Below, piece after piece: positions 50,274 through 62,938 of a stretch of DNA of 64,000 nucleotides. This DNA is from Octopus sinensis (Eukaryota). Location: positions 47,492,001 through 47,556,000 of the forward strand of contig NC_043014.1 of assembly GCF_006345805.1 (NCBI RefSeq), in the 5' to 3' direction. The first letter of the stretch is position 1; each line of letters starts with the position of its first letter. The notes beneath the pieces were generated by a model. It was not told the DNA's origin. It ran no database searches and saw only the letters and a list, made by a program, of their open reading frames with translations. Made by a program: the position numbers and the translations under genes.

Positions 50274-50756
50274 TATAATTTAAAAATAGGATAAAATCTT
50301 CATAAGAAATTATCAAGTAGTTAGCGTGATAATTTCTTATGAAGATTTTATCCTATTTTTAAATTATAAATTTCACCGGAGTATATTCAATACTGAATTT
50401 TTATTCCGAATAAGCACGTTGTTACCGAAATGCAATTCGAAAAAGCCCACCATTTACATAGATGTATAAGGGGTGAACAGTTCTATATGCTACGTTGGAT
50501 ACGATGGTTGTTCGCCTGGTATGTTGATTTTGTTCATTCATTATAAATCTTGAATCACGCTGGCACTGATGAGTAAAGGACGCAACCACTGCGTTGATTA
50601 CGAAATCACTGGTGATCTGCAGCTAAATTCTGTTTTTAAATGACTTGCTTCGAGACTTGCATTTGGTACAATATGTTTATTTTGGTAGTTTTGACTTTAA
50701 GAGTCCCTCCTAGCGTGCGGCATTTATGTGTAATAATGCCCTCTATATAATATAAA
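50274..50756 (+). mobile_element. hairpin element (perfect 42-bp arms 50274-50315 and 50327-50368) with long tail carrying the hammerhead, ending in (TA)n
   Basis: Arm also found at ~39010-39062; 3' end also found at 37660-37790. Confidence 0.75.
50559..50623 (+). ncRNA. type I hammerhead ribozyme (PLE/retrozyme-type), predicted cleavage after C50617 (AUC)
   Basis: Stem I GCT-g-GCA/TGC-AGC; core CTGATGA; stem II GTAA/TTAC plus ACGCA/TGCGT; GAAA; stem III ATCAC-tg-GTGAT; C17. Confidence 0.8.
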
Positions 50757-50776
50757 TATATATATATATATATATA

Positions 50777-51162
50777 CTAGCAGTATCGCCCGGCATTGCA
50801 AGGGAAATAACTATATAAGCATTTTTAGAGATGTAAGTATAATAGCCATCTCAATATGGCTAACCACAAAGGGGAGTATTACTGTAACTTTTTACGTTCT
50901 GAGATTTAATAATACATTTTTAGAGAGTTACTTCCCTTATATAATAGCAAAAAAATGCATTAAAAATGGGAAAAAATGATGGTAAATTTTTTTTTAAATC
51001 GTAGACTCATCGTATACGCGCGCTAATACCCAGAAGGGCTCAATATGAATCACGACTATAAGATACCCGCTTTTGGTTACACACTGCACCGCAAAATGTG
51101 GGAGTAGTTAGGAATCTAAATTGTAGGAGACAGACACACAACTTCACTTTTATATATAAAGA
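50777..51162 (-). mobile_element. non-autonomous Helitron-like element
   Basis: Minus strand begins TCTTTATATATAAA and ends ...gccgggcgatactgCTAG, between A and T; no TIR or TSD. Confidence 0.65.
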
Positions 51163-51192
51163 TATATATATACATATGCATTTTAGTATGGT

Positions 51193-51572
51193 GGAAGCAC
51201 TCTGTCGGTTACGACAACGAGGGTTCCGGTTGATCCGAAATCAACGGAACAGCCTGCTCGTGAAATTAACGTGTAAGTAGCTAAGCACTCCACAGACACG
51301 TGTACCCTTAACGTAGTTATCGGGGATATTCAGCGTGACACAGAGAGTGACAAGGCTGGCCCTTTGAAATACAGGTGAAACAGGAAGTAAGAGTGAGAGA
51401 AAGTTGTGGTGAAAGAGTACAGCAGGGATCACCACCATCCCCTGCCGGTGCCTCGTGGAGCTTTAGGTGTTTTCGCTCAATAAACACTCACAACGCCCGG
51501 TCTGGGAATCGAAACCGCGATCCTATGACCGCGAGTCCGCTGCCCTAACCACTGGGCCATTGCGCCTCCACG
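51193..51572 (-). mobile_element. SINE family C with 12-bp TSD
   Basis: Reverse complement of the 27408 copy; TSD ttttagtatggt. Confidence 0.85.
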
Positions 51573-52078
51573 TTTTAGTATGGTATGGTGTAGCACTCAT
51601 GATTGTGGTTTTTAATTCCTAGTCCAGGTGGTGTGTTGTGTTCTTGAGCAAAATACTTCATCTCGCATTGCCCTGCAATTACTTTGACTGTTGCTGTGTG
51701 GTACACCATGCACCTGTCCAGGTAACATTGGTTTGATGGAGAGAGTGAGCTTACGTTACAGCACATGCGTTTGATTAAACAAATTATTTGGGCAAGTCGT
51801 TAGACAAAAAGCTGAACACTCATACGTTTTCTTCAATGGGAGAGTCCATCATGTAAAGTTATATTTCCAATATTCTACTCCCTCTTTTACTTGTTTCAAT
51901 CATTTGACTGCGGCCATGCTGGAGCACCGCCTTTAGTCGAGCAAATCGACCCCGGGACTTATTCTTTTGTAAGCCCAGTACTTATTCTATCGGTCTCTTT
52001 TGCCGAACCGCTAAGTGACGGGGACGTAAACATACCAGCATCGGTTGTCAAGCAATGCTAGGGGGACAAACACATACA

Positions 52079-52110
<32 letters not shown>

Positions 52111-53109
52111 CGACAGGCTTCTTTCAGTTTCCGTCTACCAAATCCACTCACAAGGCTTTGGTCGGCCTGGGGCTATAGCAGAAGACACTCGCCCAAGATG
52201 CCACGCAGTGGGACTGAACCCGGAACCATGTGGTTGGTTAGCAAGCTACTTACCACACAGCCACTACAAAATCCTTTCTGGACATAAGGAGATATTTTGC
52301 TCAGAAACAGGTGAAAGCTGGTGACAAGAAGCATATTTGACCATAGTAAAACACACCTCAGTCAATCTCCATCTGACCCATGCAAGCATTGACAATTATG
52401 ACATATGCATACACAATCACCATTTTATGTCCTCTTGCTCTGTTGGCATAGTTTAAGGTGATTCAATAGTATCTGATGAGAGAGAAGACTATTTTTTGCC
52501 CCAATGTCTCAGTTCTGGGATGGTTTCTGCACTCATATGCCCTTCCTAATGCTAACTATCTCTTTACTCTCTTTTACTTGTTTCAGTCATTTGACTGCGG
52601 CCATGCTGGAGCACCGCCTTTAATCGAGCAACTCGACTCCGGGACTTATTCTTTTGTAAGCCCAGTACTTATTCTATCGGTCTCTTTTGCCGAACCGCTA
52701 AGTAACAGGGACATAAACACACCAGCATCGGTTGTCAAGCAATGCTAGGGGAACAAATACAGACACACAAACGCATATATACATATATACGACGAGCTTC
52801 TTTCAAATCCACTCACAAGGCTTTTGTTGGCCCAAGGCTATAGTAGAAGACACTTGCCCAAGGTGCCACGCAGTGGGACTGAACCCGGAACCATGGGGTT
52901 GGTAAACAAGCTACTTACCACACAGCCACTCCTGCACCTACTGTACAAAGAGTAGTGTGGGGGGTTTTTTTCTGTGTTGATGTATTCCTTACTAGCTCTA
53001 ATCTTGCTGATAGCTCCTCTGTACATGGCTCTCCATAAGTCATTTGTCTACTCATAGTTTTCTCAACAACTATCGCATATACTTTGTGTGTGTCTGTGTG
53101 TATATATAT

Positions 53110-55228
53110 TTCAGGTCATCCCATAAATAATATCTGAAATAACATGATTTCTATCACATTTTACAAGATTCTAAAATGTCAAAAGGTACTGACTAATACT
53201 CACATGTGGAGGCGCAATGGCCCAGTGCTTAGGGCAGCGGACTCGCGGTCATAGGATCGCGGTTTCGATTCCCAGACCGGGCGTTGTGAGTGTTTATTGA
53301 GCGAAAACACCTAAAAGCTCCACGAGGCTCCGGCAGGGGATGGTGGTGATCCCTGCTGTACTCTTTCACCACAACTTTCTCTTGCTCTTCCTGTTTCTGC
53401 TATACTTGTATTTCAAAAGGCCGGCCTTGTCACTCTCTGTGTCATGCTGAATATCCCCGATAACTACGTTAAGGGTACACGTGTCTGTGGAGTGCTCAGC
53501 CACTTACACGTTAATTTCATGAGCAGGCTGTTCCGTTGATTCGGATCAACCGGAACCCTCGTCGTCGGAACCGACGGAGTGCTTCCACAATACTCACATG
53601 AATTTGCAAACCTTTAACTTAATTAAATTTCTTTTTACAGAATAATCTGACTGAATTAATTACTAATGTCAATCCTGTCAAAGATGGACATATCGAAGGA
53701 GCATTTAAGGCACATAATGATTTGAGTTCCAAAATGGAAACAGTGCAGCAGAAGCAACCGGAACTCTCCATTCTGTTTACGGGGAAGAGTGCTTGAATGA
53801 AAGAAGTTGCAGAAGATGGTTTGCAAAGTTCAAAAGTGGTGGTTTTAGCTTAAGACAGAGGCCACGAATAGGATACCCTGTTGAATTTGATGATTAGCTT
53901 CTTATGTCAGAGCTTGCAAAGGATAATGTTGTGTCAAATGAAGAATTAGCAAGCAAGTTATTCAACTAAATGTTCACCACCATCTTCAACTGCTTGGAAA
54001 GTTGCCCAAACTCAGAGAATGGGTTTCCCATGATATGACAGTAGCCAACCGAAAATCACAAACAGACCTCTGGTCATCTCTTCACTCTCATGAACGTACC
54101 TCACCATTTTTGGACAGATTAGTAACTGATAATGAAAAAAAAAGGATTTTTTAATGAAAATATTAAGTGATGCAGGCAATGGCTTAGTTGTGAAACCACA
54201 ACCTAACAAGGGCTTCCATGCAAAAATGGTTCTTCTTTCCATTTGGTGGGATTGTATTGGAGTCATCCACTTTGAGCTGCAAAAATTACTGCTCATACCT
54301 ATTGCTAACAATTAGAGCATTTGGATGCTGCTTTGAAGACAAAATGACCAGCTTTGGCAAAATTGTAAGGGAGCGATGTTTCATCATGATAATGCAATGC
54401 CCCACACTGCAAAGATTACATCAGGAAAAAAATTGAAGAACTTGGCTGGGGAAAAAATCTCTCACCAGCCTTATTCCCCAGACCTCGCTCCTGATCACCA
54501 TTTGTTTCGACATTTACAGAACCATTTACATAGATTAATACTTGAAAGCCCCAAAGAGGTAGAAACTTTCTTCTCATCAAAACAGTTTTTTACCAATGGA
54601 ATTAAAAAACTGTTGAGTAGATCATCATCATTGTTTAGCGTCTGCTTTCCATGCTGGCATGGGTTGGACAGTGCAACTGGGGTCTGGGAAGCCAGAAGGC
54701 TGCACCAGGCCCAGTCTGATCTGGCAATGTTTCTACGGCTGGATGCCCTTCCTAACACCAACCACTCCATGAGTGTAGTGGGTGCTTTTTACGTGCCACC
54801 GGCACGGAGGCCAGGCGAGGCTGGCAATGGCCACGATTGGATGGTGCTTTTTACGTGCCACCGGCACAGACGCCAGTCGGGGCGGTGCTGGCAATGGCCA
54901 CGTTCGGATGGTTCTCTTATGTGCCACCGGCACTGGTATCACAGCTACAATTTCCATTCATGTTGATCAATTTTGATTTTTGATTTTCACTTGCCTCAAC
55001 AGGTCTTCACAAGTAGAGTTTTGTGTCCCAAGAAGGGAAGGTATGCATAAGTGGACTGAGGCCATGGGTTATGGTCTCACTTGTCCTGCCGGGTCTTCTC
55101 ACGCACAGCATACTTGTCATTAATAATGATGGGAATTACATATGAGACTAAATTTTAACACAAAATAAAATTAGATTACTTTCTACTTACCCAAACTTCA
55201 GATATTACTTATAGGATGACATGGGATA
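53110..55228 (+). mobile_element. decayed mariner element with nested SINE/LINE-tail insertions
   Basis: MDISKEHLRHIM..CRRWFAKFKSG HTH region; FHHDNAMPH; HQPYSPDLAP; imperfect TIRs caggtcatcccataaataat / attacttataggatgacatg. Confidence 0.8.
53205..53588 (+). mobile_element. SINE family C nested in the mariner relic
   Basis: TSD aatactcacatg. Confidence 0.85.
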
Positions 55229-56176
55229 TATAAAGATTTTCTTTAAAGCTATTAATTAAAAAAGACTTTTTTTGTGCCAGTGAATTATGCCTACCTAATC
55301 TACAAAAAAATTTAATATTTTGCACTTTATGCATAGTGTTCAGAGTAGCACCAACCGATCGTGGCCGATGCCAGACTCCCCTGGCACCTGTGCTGGTGAC
55401 CTGTAAAAAGCACCCACTACACTCGCGGAGTGGTTGGCGTTAGGAAGGGTATCCAGCTGTAGAAACACTGCCAGACTGGAGCCTGGTGCAGCCCCTGGCT
55501 TCCCAGACCCCAGTCGAACCGTCCAACCCATGCTAGCGCAGAAAACGGACGTTAAATGATGATGATGATGATGATGAATGACAAACCTTTTGGGAAGAAG
55601 CATTCATATTGTGTATAAGTACTTTCATTGTTCAACTTTTCAAATACAGATATTCTGGGCTAATCAATACACACATACACACAAACTGTAGTTCTGCAGA
55701 CAGCTGTGTTTTGAGTTTGCTAAGGCAAGCAAGTCTTTTGGCCACATCATCAATCTCAAGAAAACTGAAATGTAGTTTCAGAAATTGCCAACTGCCACGA
55801 ACGCACACATCATGGCTATGTGGTAAGAAGTTTACTTCCGAACCACATGGTTTCAGGTTCAGTCCTAGTGTGGCACATGTCTTCTACTATAGCTCTGGGC
55901 CAACCAAAGCACTGTAAGTGGATTTGGCAGAGAGGAAACTGAAGAAGCCTGTCTTACTGTCTCCTTGCCACGACTTTGTAAGAGTTATGAGTGTCTCTGA
56001 CATACAAGCAGTGTCATTCATTTCCAATATTCTGCGAAAACATGCTTGACATAAGGGATAATATTACCTTATTTGGGAACCGGTGAGTGTTGATGAGAGG
56101 AAGGGTACAGAAAATCTTCCTCAAAAAATTCAATCCGATCCACGCAAACATAGAAAAGCTGACATTAAAAATGATG

Positions 56177-56207
<31 letters not shown>

Positions 56208-56363
56208 GGAGTGGTTGGCGTTAGGAAGGGCATCCAGCCATAGAAACATTGCCAGATCAGACTGGAGCCTGGTGCAGCCTTCTGGCTTCCCAGACCCCAG
56301 TTGCACCGTCCAACCCATGCCAGCATGGAAAGCGGACGTTAAACGATGATGATGTTGATGATG

Positions 56364-56402
<39 letters not shown>

Positions 56403-57747
56403 TCGCTTGACAACCGATGCTGGTGTGTTTATGTCCCAGTAACTTAGGGGTTCGGCAAAAGAGACCGATAGAATAAGTACTAGGCTTACAGAGAACAAGT
56501 CCTGGGGGTCGATTTCCTTGACTAAAGGTGGTGCTCCAGCATGGCCGCAGTCAAATGACTGAAACGAGTAAAAAGAGTATATGCAGGTATAAAATAGGGT
56601 CATAGTGAAGGTGCATGGCTCAGTGGTTAGAGCATCAGGCTCACAATCATGAGACAGTAAGTTCAATTCCTGGACCAGGCTGTGTGTTGTGTTCTTGAGC
56701 AAGACACTTTATTTCACATTGCTCCAGTTCATTCCTCTGTAGAAATGAGTTGCAGCATCACTGGTGCCAAGCTGTATCAGCCTTTGCTTTGGATAACATC
56801 GGTGGCATGGAGATGCAAGTCGGTTATGCATGAGCAACTGCTGGTCTTCCATGAACAACCTTAGCCAGACTTGTGCCTCGGAGGGGAACTTTCTAGGTGC
56901 AATCCCATGTCATACATTTTATCACGCTAAGAGTTGCTGAAGCATGGAACAAACTGCCGGCATCAGTTGTTAGTTGTCGGAGCACTGCATCCTTCAAAAC
57001 TTCCATGCTTTCTGAGATTCGCCAACACTACACCTGATTGATAAACTCTGAGCACCTTTCCAAACTCCACCCGTCTAACACCCGTGGACATATTTACAAA
57101 GTCAGAAAACAGCACAGCTCCCATGACTTTCGGAAACATTTTGTCACGCTGAGAGTTGCTGAAGCATGGAACAAACTGCCGGCATCAGTTGTTAGTTGTC
57201 GGAGCACTGCATCCTTCAAAACTTCCATGCCTTCTGAGATTCGCCAACACTACACTTGATTTTCTCCCCTCCATACACACACAACAAGCATGTATCTGAC
57301 TCATACACTGTTCGCTTTCCAGACATTTGTACATTACTGCATATACTCTGACAAGTTGTGCACCTGAGCACTGTATACAATAATTTCATTATCATTATGA
57401 TCAAACGGAGTCATTACTCTTCTATAAGTCATGCTAACAATATTTAATGCAAGACAGGCAAAATTAAAAATTTTTTTTATTATATAAATGTTGAGAGTTT
57501 TTAGAAAAGTATAAAAATTATAAGTAGAGAATCAGAAGTTTCATGAACAATAGCAAAATCATTTAATATACTTTGTTATATACAGTTATTGGATGATTAT
57601 TTTATTTTACTAATGCAACGGTTTATCTGCTTTATAGTTTTATACGAGTGTGTCTGTGATGGCCAAGAGGTGGGGTAAAATGCTGGAAGGCAGCTGGGGA
57701 AGAGTTAAACATCAATCTCAGTTGATTAAACTAATTTAGATACCTGA

Positions 57748-57808
<61 letters not shown>

Positions 57809-59860
57809 TTTTTCTTAATATTACAACGATCGAAGTCAGAGGTGGCTCGCGAGTTTTACAGTTTGGAATGTAAGGGACGTAATTCATACATGTCCTCAAT
57901 CCTCAGTTAGGATTATGAAGGGAAATAACTATCTCCAAAGCATTTTCTACATTCTCTTCTTAATAATCCTGCTGATGCATCCTTCGGCGTAACAATTGCT
58001 TCTGCCTTTGATACAAGGCCAGGTGACGGCGTTAGTCAATACCATCGACACCAGCGCTTGGATGAAAGGTAAAGTTGATCTCGGCAGGATTACAATTTCG
58101 AATGCAGTGATGGATGGAACAAGTACCTATTTCTTTACTGCCCACAAGGGGCTAAACACAGAGAAGACAAACAAGAACAGACAAACGGATTAAGTCGATT
58201 ATATCGACCCCAGTGCGTAACTGGTACTAAGGACAGACAAACGGATTAAATCGATTGTATCGACCCCAATGCGTAACTGGTACTTATTTAATCGACTCCG
58301 AAAGTATGAAAGGCAAAGTTGACCTCGGCGGAATTTGAACTCAGAACGTAGCGGCAGACGAAATACCGTTCAGCATTTCGCCCGGCGTGCTAACGTTTCT
58401 GACAGCTTGCCGCCTTTGATGGAACAAGTACCACAAGGCTCTTTCTCTGACACTGAGTCTACAAACTCACCTTCCTCTATATAACAGAAATTTGAATGTG
58501 AGTGCGTTTTGTGTGTAAGCATGGGTGAAGTACACATAAATACCTTGCAATCACAAAGAATGTGAGAACTCCAGATAAGATTTTAAAACTTTTTTTTTTT
58601 TAAAGTATCAATACCAGGCATGTGCCATCAGTAATTACTCAGGGTAGGCAGTTGGTGACCTTTATGTAGTAAAACACACAATAAGCAAAACACAGGCACA
58701 CGACTGAGTTGTAGGCAGATTTACTTCTGCTTTTATAGCAGGTAAAGAAAACGTTGTAGGAATGTACACAGCACATGTATTAGAGCAGTATTATGCATAG
58801 GAGTGGCTGTGTGGTAAGTAGCTTGTTTACCAACCACATGGTTCCGGGTTCAGTCCCACTGCGTGGCACCTTGGGCAAGTGTCTTCTACTATAGCCTCGG
58901 GCCGACCAAAGCCTTGTGAGTGGATTTGGTAGATGGAAACTGAAAGAAGCCTGTCGTATATATATATATATATATATCCGTGTGTGTGTTTGTATGTCTG
59001 TGTTTGTCCCCCTAGTATTGCTTGACAACCGATGCTGGTGTGTTTATGTCCCGTCACCGATAGAATAGCTTAAATACTGAGATTGAAAAGCAGGGGTGAA
59101 TTATGCCTACCTAATCTACAAAAAAAAAAATTTTATATTTTGCATTTTATGCATAGTATTCAGAGTAGCCTTCAGGATTTTATTGAATTAGGTGTATATT
59201 TTGCCATGAAAGGAACTTGTATGTTATCAATCTATTTTATCCAAGCTAGGCGCTGCCTACCTAGATGGCACGTCCCCGATCAAAACTGAAGACATGGAGT
59301 TTTCAACAAGTACAACTATTTTATGATTAATTACAGAAGGGGACATTGTCATGGCTGGCTACTTTGTTTATGACATTTCCCAGAAGACAAAAACAGATCT
59401 GTTCTTTATGGTCTGCAACAATGTAGCAGCATTCATAATTCAGTCAACTGAAATTATTCCACTGCTTGGCTGACGTTCATTTAAACCTATGGTTCCCAAA
59501 TAGGGGTCAATATCTTGGTTATACTTCTACAATTTACAAAATATTTTAAAAAATTTCTTTATACAATTCCCAATAATATTTAATTATAAAAATAATTTTT
59601 TCAAAACATTGAATGGCTAGGAGAGTACATTTGAGTAAAATAGGAATCAAAAAGGCTTTTTTTTTAAATCACCAGTCCACCAACTTACTGTAAATAGCAG
59701 CCAAATTCGAAGACAATGTATGATGGAAATACTGGACAATGTAATTCGTTCCTAACTATATTATCTCCCACCTGTAGTGATAAGATAATGCAGTACAATT
59801 TATGCTGTTGACTAAAATATCAAACAAGCTAATTACTATTAATTAATTGGACTTTGTGCC

Positions 59861-59920
<60 letters not shown>

Positions 59921-60038
59921 GTAATGCTTCATAAGCAGTAATGGAGAAGTTCGTCAGCAATTCTATGTCACCAATTTCAGTTTTCTGATGATCACAATTG
60001 TTGATTCCAACTGAAATCTGAAATTACAGGCATCAAAT

Positions 60039-60131
60039 GTGCAATGTTAAGTGACTTACTTTCAAGAGAAATCTGTCTTTCGTTGGAACCTTTAGTATTA
60101 GTTGCTTTACACACATAATTTCCGTAATCAA
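60039..60131 (-). pseudogene. 93-bp duplicate of the Ig exon 3' part plus its splice donor (copy of 62772-62864)
   Basis: 92/93 identity by direct comparison; no strong acceptor; in-frame stop upstream. Confidence 0.85.
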
Positions 60132-60442
60132 TGGAAAGGCTCAAAAGGATTGTTTGCCAGTTATTTTACATTGTTCATCATGATGATAGCCACAACACAC
60201 CAGTGGATACACATTGCATCCTTGCTGCAATCTTCATTCATCATCATATCACGAGTATTAGAAAACAAAAATATTTCATTTTTAATGTGATTTTTAGATT
60301 GTAGGGGAGTTATGAGTTAGCAAGGATGACTCACAGTTTAACCAATTCTAACACTACTTCAGGGTATAGATAAGGACACTTTAGGGACACTTGGCTGTAT
60401 ATACATGTGGAGTAGGAATGGTCGAGGTTATAAAAATAACAA

Positions 60443-60561
60443 TCAATGGTTCATTAGGTGATGCTGAATAAAATAAGAGAAAAGAAAGAAACTGGATGTG
60501 CCAAGAGGCGATGCTGATGATACCAAGGAACCGGTACGGTCTGTTACAGGTTCAATGGATT
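60443..60561 (-). CDS. putative terminal exon of the Ig gene, GPI-signal-like (KSIEPVTDRTGSLVSSASPLGTSSFFLFSYFIQHHLMNH*)
   Basis: Strong acceptor cttttctcttccag|, phase 1 matches the upstream exon, small residues followed by a hydrophobic stretch. Confidence 0.6.
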
Positions 60562-60679
60562 CTGGAAGAGAAAAGTGAACAGATTAAGTGAACATCTCAA
60601 TAGAGCTAAAACATGTGAACATGTTAACTATTTCATTTTAATGGAATCATTATCTGAAGGAAACTAAATGGACAGATTG

Positions 60680-61090
60680 CTTTGGGTAAAATTATCAACC
60701 ATCGTACAAACAATAACTCTGAGCACCTTTTCAAACTCCACCCATCTAACACCCGTGGACATATTTACAAAGTCAGAAAACAGCACAGTTCCCATGACTT
60801 TAGGAAACATTTTTTCATGCTGAGAGTTGCTGAAGCATGGAACAAACTGCCGGCATCAGTTGTTAGTTGTCGGAGCACTGCATCCTTCAAAACTTCCAGG
60901 CTTCCTGAGATTCGCCAACACTACACCTGATCTTTCTCCCCTCCATACACACACAAGCATGTATCTGACTCATACATTGTTCGCTTTCCAGACATTTCTA
61001 CATTACTGCATGTACTTTATATGCACTTTCTGACAAGTTGTGGTGCACCTGAGCACTGTATACAATAATTTCATTATTATTATTATTATT
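60680..61090 (+). mobile_element. CR1/L2-group LINE 3' end with (ATT)n tail
   Basis: [25 protein letters not shown]; copies at ~1400-1745, ~14484-14722, ~56917-57398 (tandem); related family at ~36410-36625. Confidence 0.8.
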
Positions 61091-61330
61091 AAAATGTTTG
61101 AATGCCAATATTCCCAGTTAAAATATGTAAATGCATTATATGAACGGAAACATACTTGAGCACATTATGTGAATATATCAACTGATGTAAAAAAAAAATA
61201 TGAAGACATTTAGTGAACTAAAACTGACTTGTCTCAAGATAACAGCAACTGTGAATAAGAACTAAACTTGACCTGTGACAATTCATCCAAGCCAACCAGA
61301 AATTATGAAAAAAAAATATATATATATATA

Positions 61331-62046
61331 GGCGCAGGAGTGGCTGTGTGGTAAGTAGCTTGCTTACGAACCACATGGTTCCGGATTCAGTCCCACTGCG
61401 TGGCAGCTTGGGCAAGTGTCTTCTACTATAGCCTCGGTAGACGGAAACTGAAAGAAGCCCGTCGTGTATGTGTGTCTGTGTTTGTCTCCCCAACATCGCT
61501 TGACAACCGATGCTGGTGTGTTTATGTCCCCGTCACTTAGCGGTTCGGCAAAAGAGACCGATAGAATAAGTACTGGGCTAACAAAGAATAAGTGCCGGTG
61601 TCAAGTTGCTCGATTAAAGGCAGTGCTCTAGCATGGCCGCAGTCAAATGACTGAAACAAGTAAAAGAGAGTAAAGAGTAAATATATAAAGGCGTAGGAGT
61701 GGCTGTGTGGTAAGTATCTTGCTTACGAACCACATGGTTCCGGATTCAGTCCCACTGCGTGGCACCTTGGGCAAGTGTCTTCTACTATAGCCTCGGGCCG
61801 ACCAAAGCCATTGTGAGTGGATTTGGTAGACGGAAACTGAAAGAAGCTCGTCGTATATATGTATATATATATATGTGTGTGTGTGTGTGTCTGTCCCCCC
61901 AATTACGTCCCCGTAACTTAGCGGTTCGGCAAGAGACACTGATAGAATAAGTACTAGGCTTAATAAGAATATGTCCTGGGGTCGATTTGCTCGACTAAAA
62001 GGCGGTGCTCCAGCATGGCCGCAGTCAAATGACTGAAACAAGTAAA
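61331..62046 (+). mobile_element. two head-to-tail SINE family B copies
   Basis: Two full units starting ggcg(c/t)aggagtggctg at 61331 and ~61689. Confidence 0.85.
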
Positions 62047-62792
62047 ATATTTTTTTTACTTGTTTCAGTCATTCAACTGCAGCCATGCTGGAGCACTGTC
62101 CTGAAGGGTTTTCATTGAAGAAATCAACCCCAGTGCTTATTCTATCAGTTTTTTTGCTGAACCACTAAGTTACAGGGATCTAAGCACACCAACACCAGTT
62201 GTCAAGCAGTGATGGGGGAACAAACATGCGTACATATTACACACAATGGGTTTCTTTTAGTTTCCATCAACCAAATCCACTTGCAAGGCTTTGGTCAGCC
62301 CAAGGCTATAGAAGAAGACACTTGTTCAAGGTACCACACAGTGGGACTGAACCTAGAACCATGTGGTTGGGAAGCAAGCTTCTTATTTTTTTACTGCCCA
62401 CAGGGGGCTACACACAAAGGGGACAAACAAGGACAGACAAACGGATTAAGTCGATTATATCGACTCCAGTGCGTAACTGGTACTTATTTAATCGACCCCA
62501 AAAGGATGGAAGGCGAAGTCGACCTCGGTGGAATTTGAACTCAGAACATAAAGACAGACGAAATATCACTATGCATTTCGCCCAGCACGCTAACAATTCT
62601 GCCAGCTCGCCGCAAGCTTCTTACCACACAGCTACACCTGCATCCATATGTATGTATGTCAATAGTTAACGTGGTTGAAATATTAATAGGGGAGCTGCAC
62701 TGGAGTGAGTATGACCAAAGATTGTGGCCAAGATGCTAAAGAATGGAAGGAGTAGTAGAGAGAGAGAGAGAGTGCAATGTTAAGTGACTTAC

Positions 62793-62938
62793 TTTCAAGA
62801 GAAATCTGTCTTTCGTTGGTACCTTTAGTATTAGTTGCTTTACACACATAATTTCCGTAATCAACCCTTTCTACTCTTTTGATGATCAGCTTACTGGTGA
62901 CACGGTTGAATGCTCCAGAAATGAACATAATTTTATAC
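62793..62938 (-). CDS. lachesin/IgLON-like Ig cell-adhesion protein exon, C-terminal half of an Ig domain (YKIMFISGAFNRVTSKLIIKRVERVDYGNYVCKATNTKGTNERQISLE)
   Basis: Minus strand gacag| and |gtaagt; DxGxYxCxAxN Ig motif; resembles the third Ig domain of lachesin. Confidence 0.8.
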
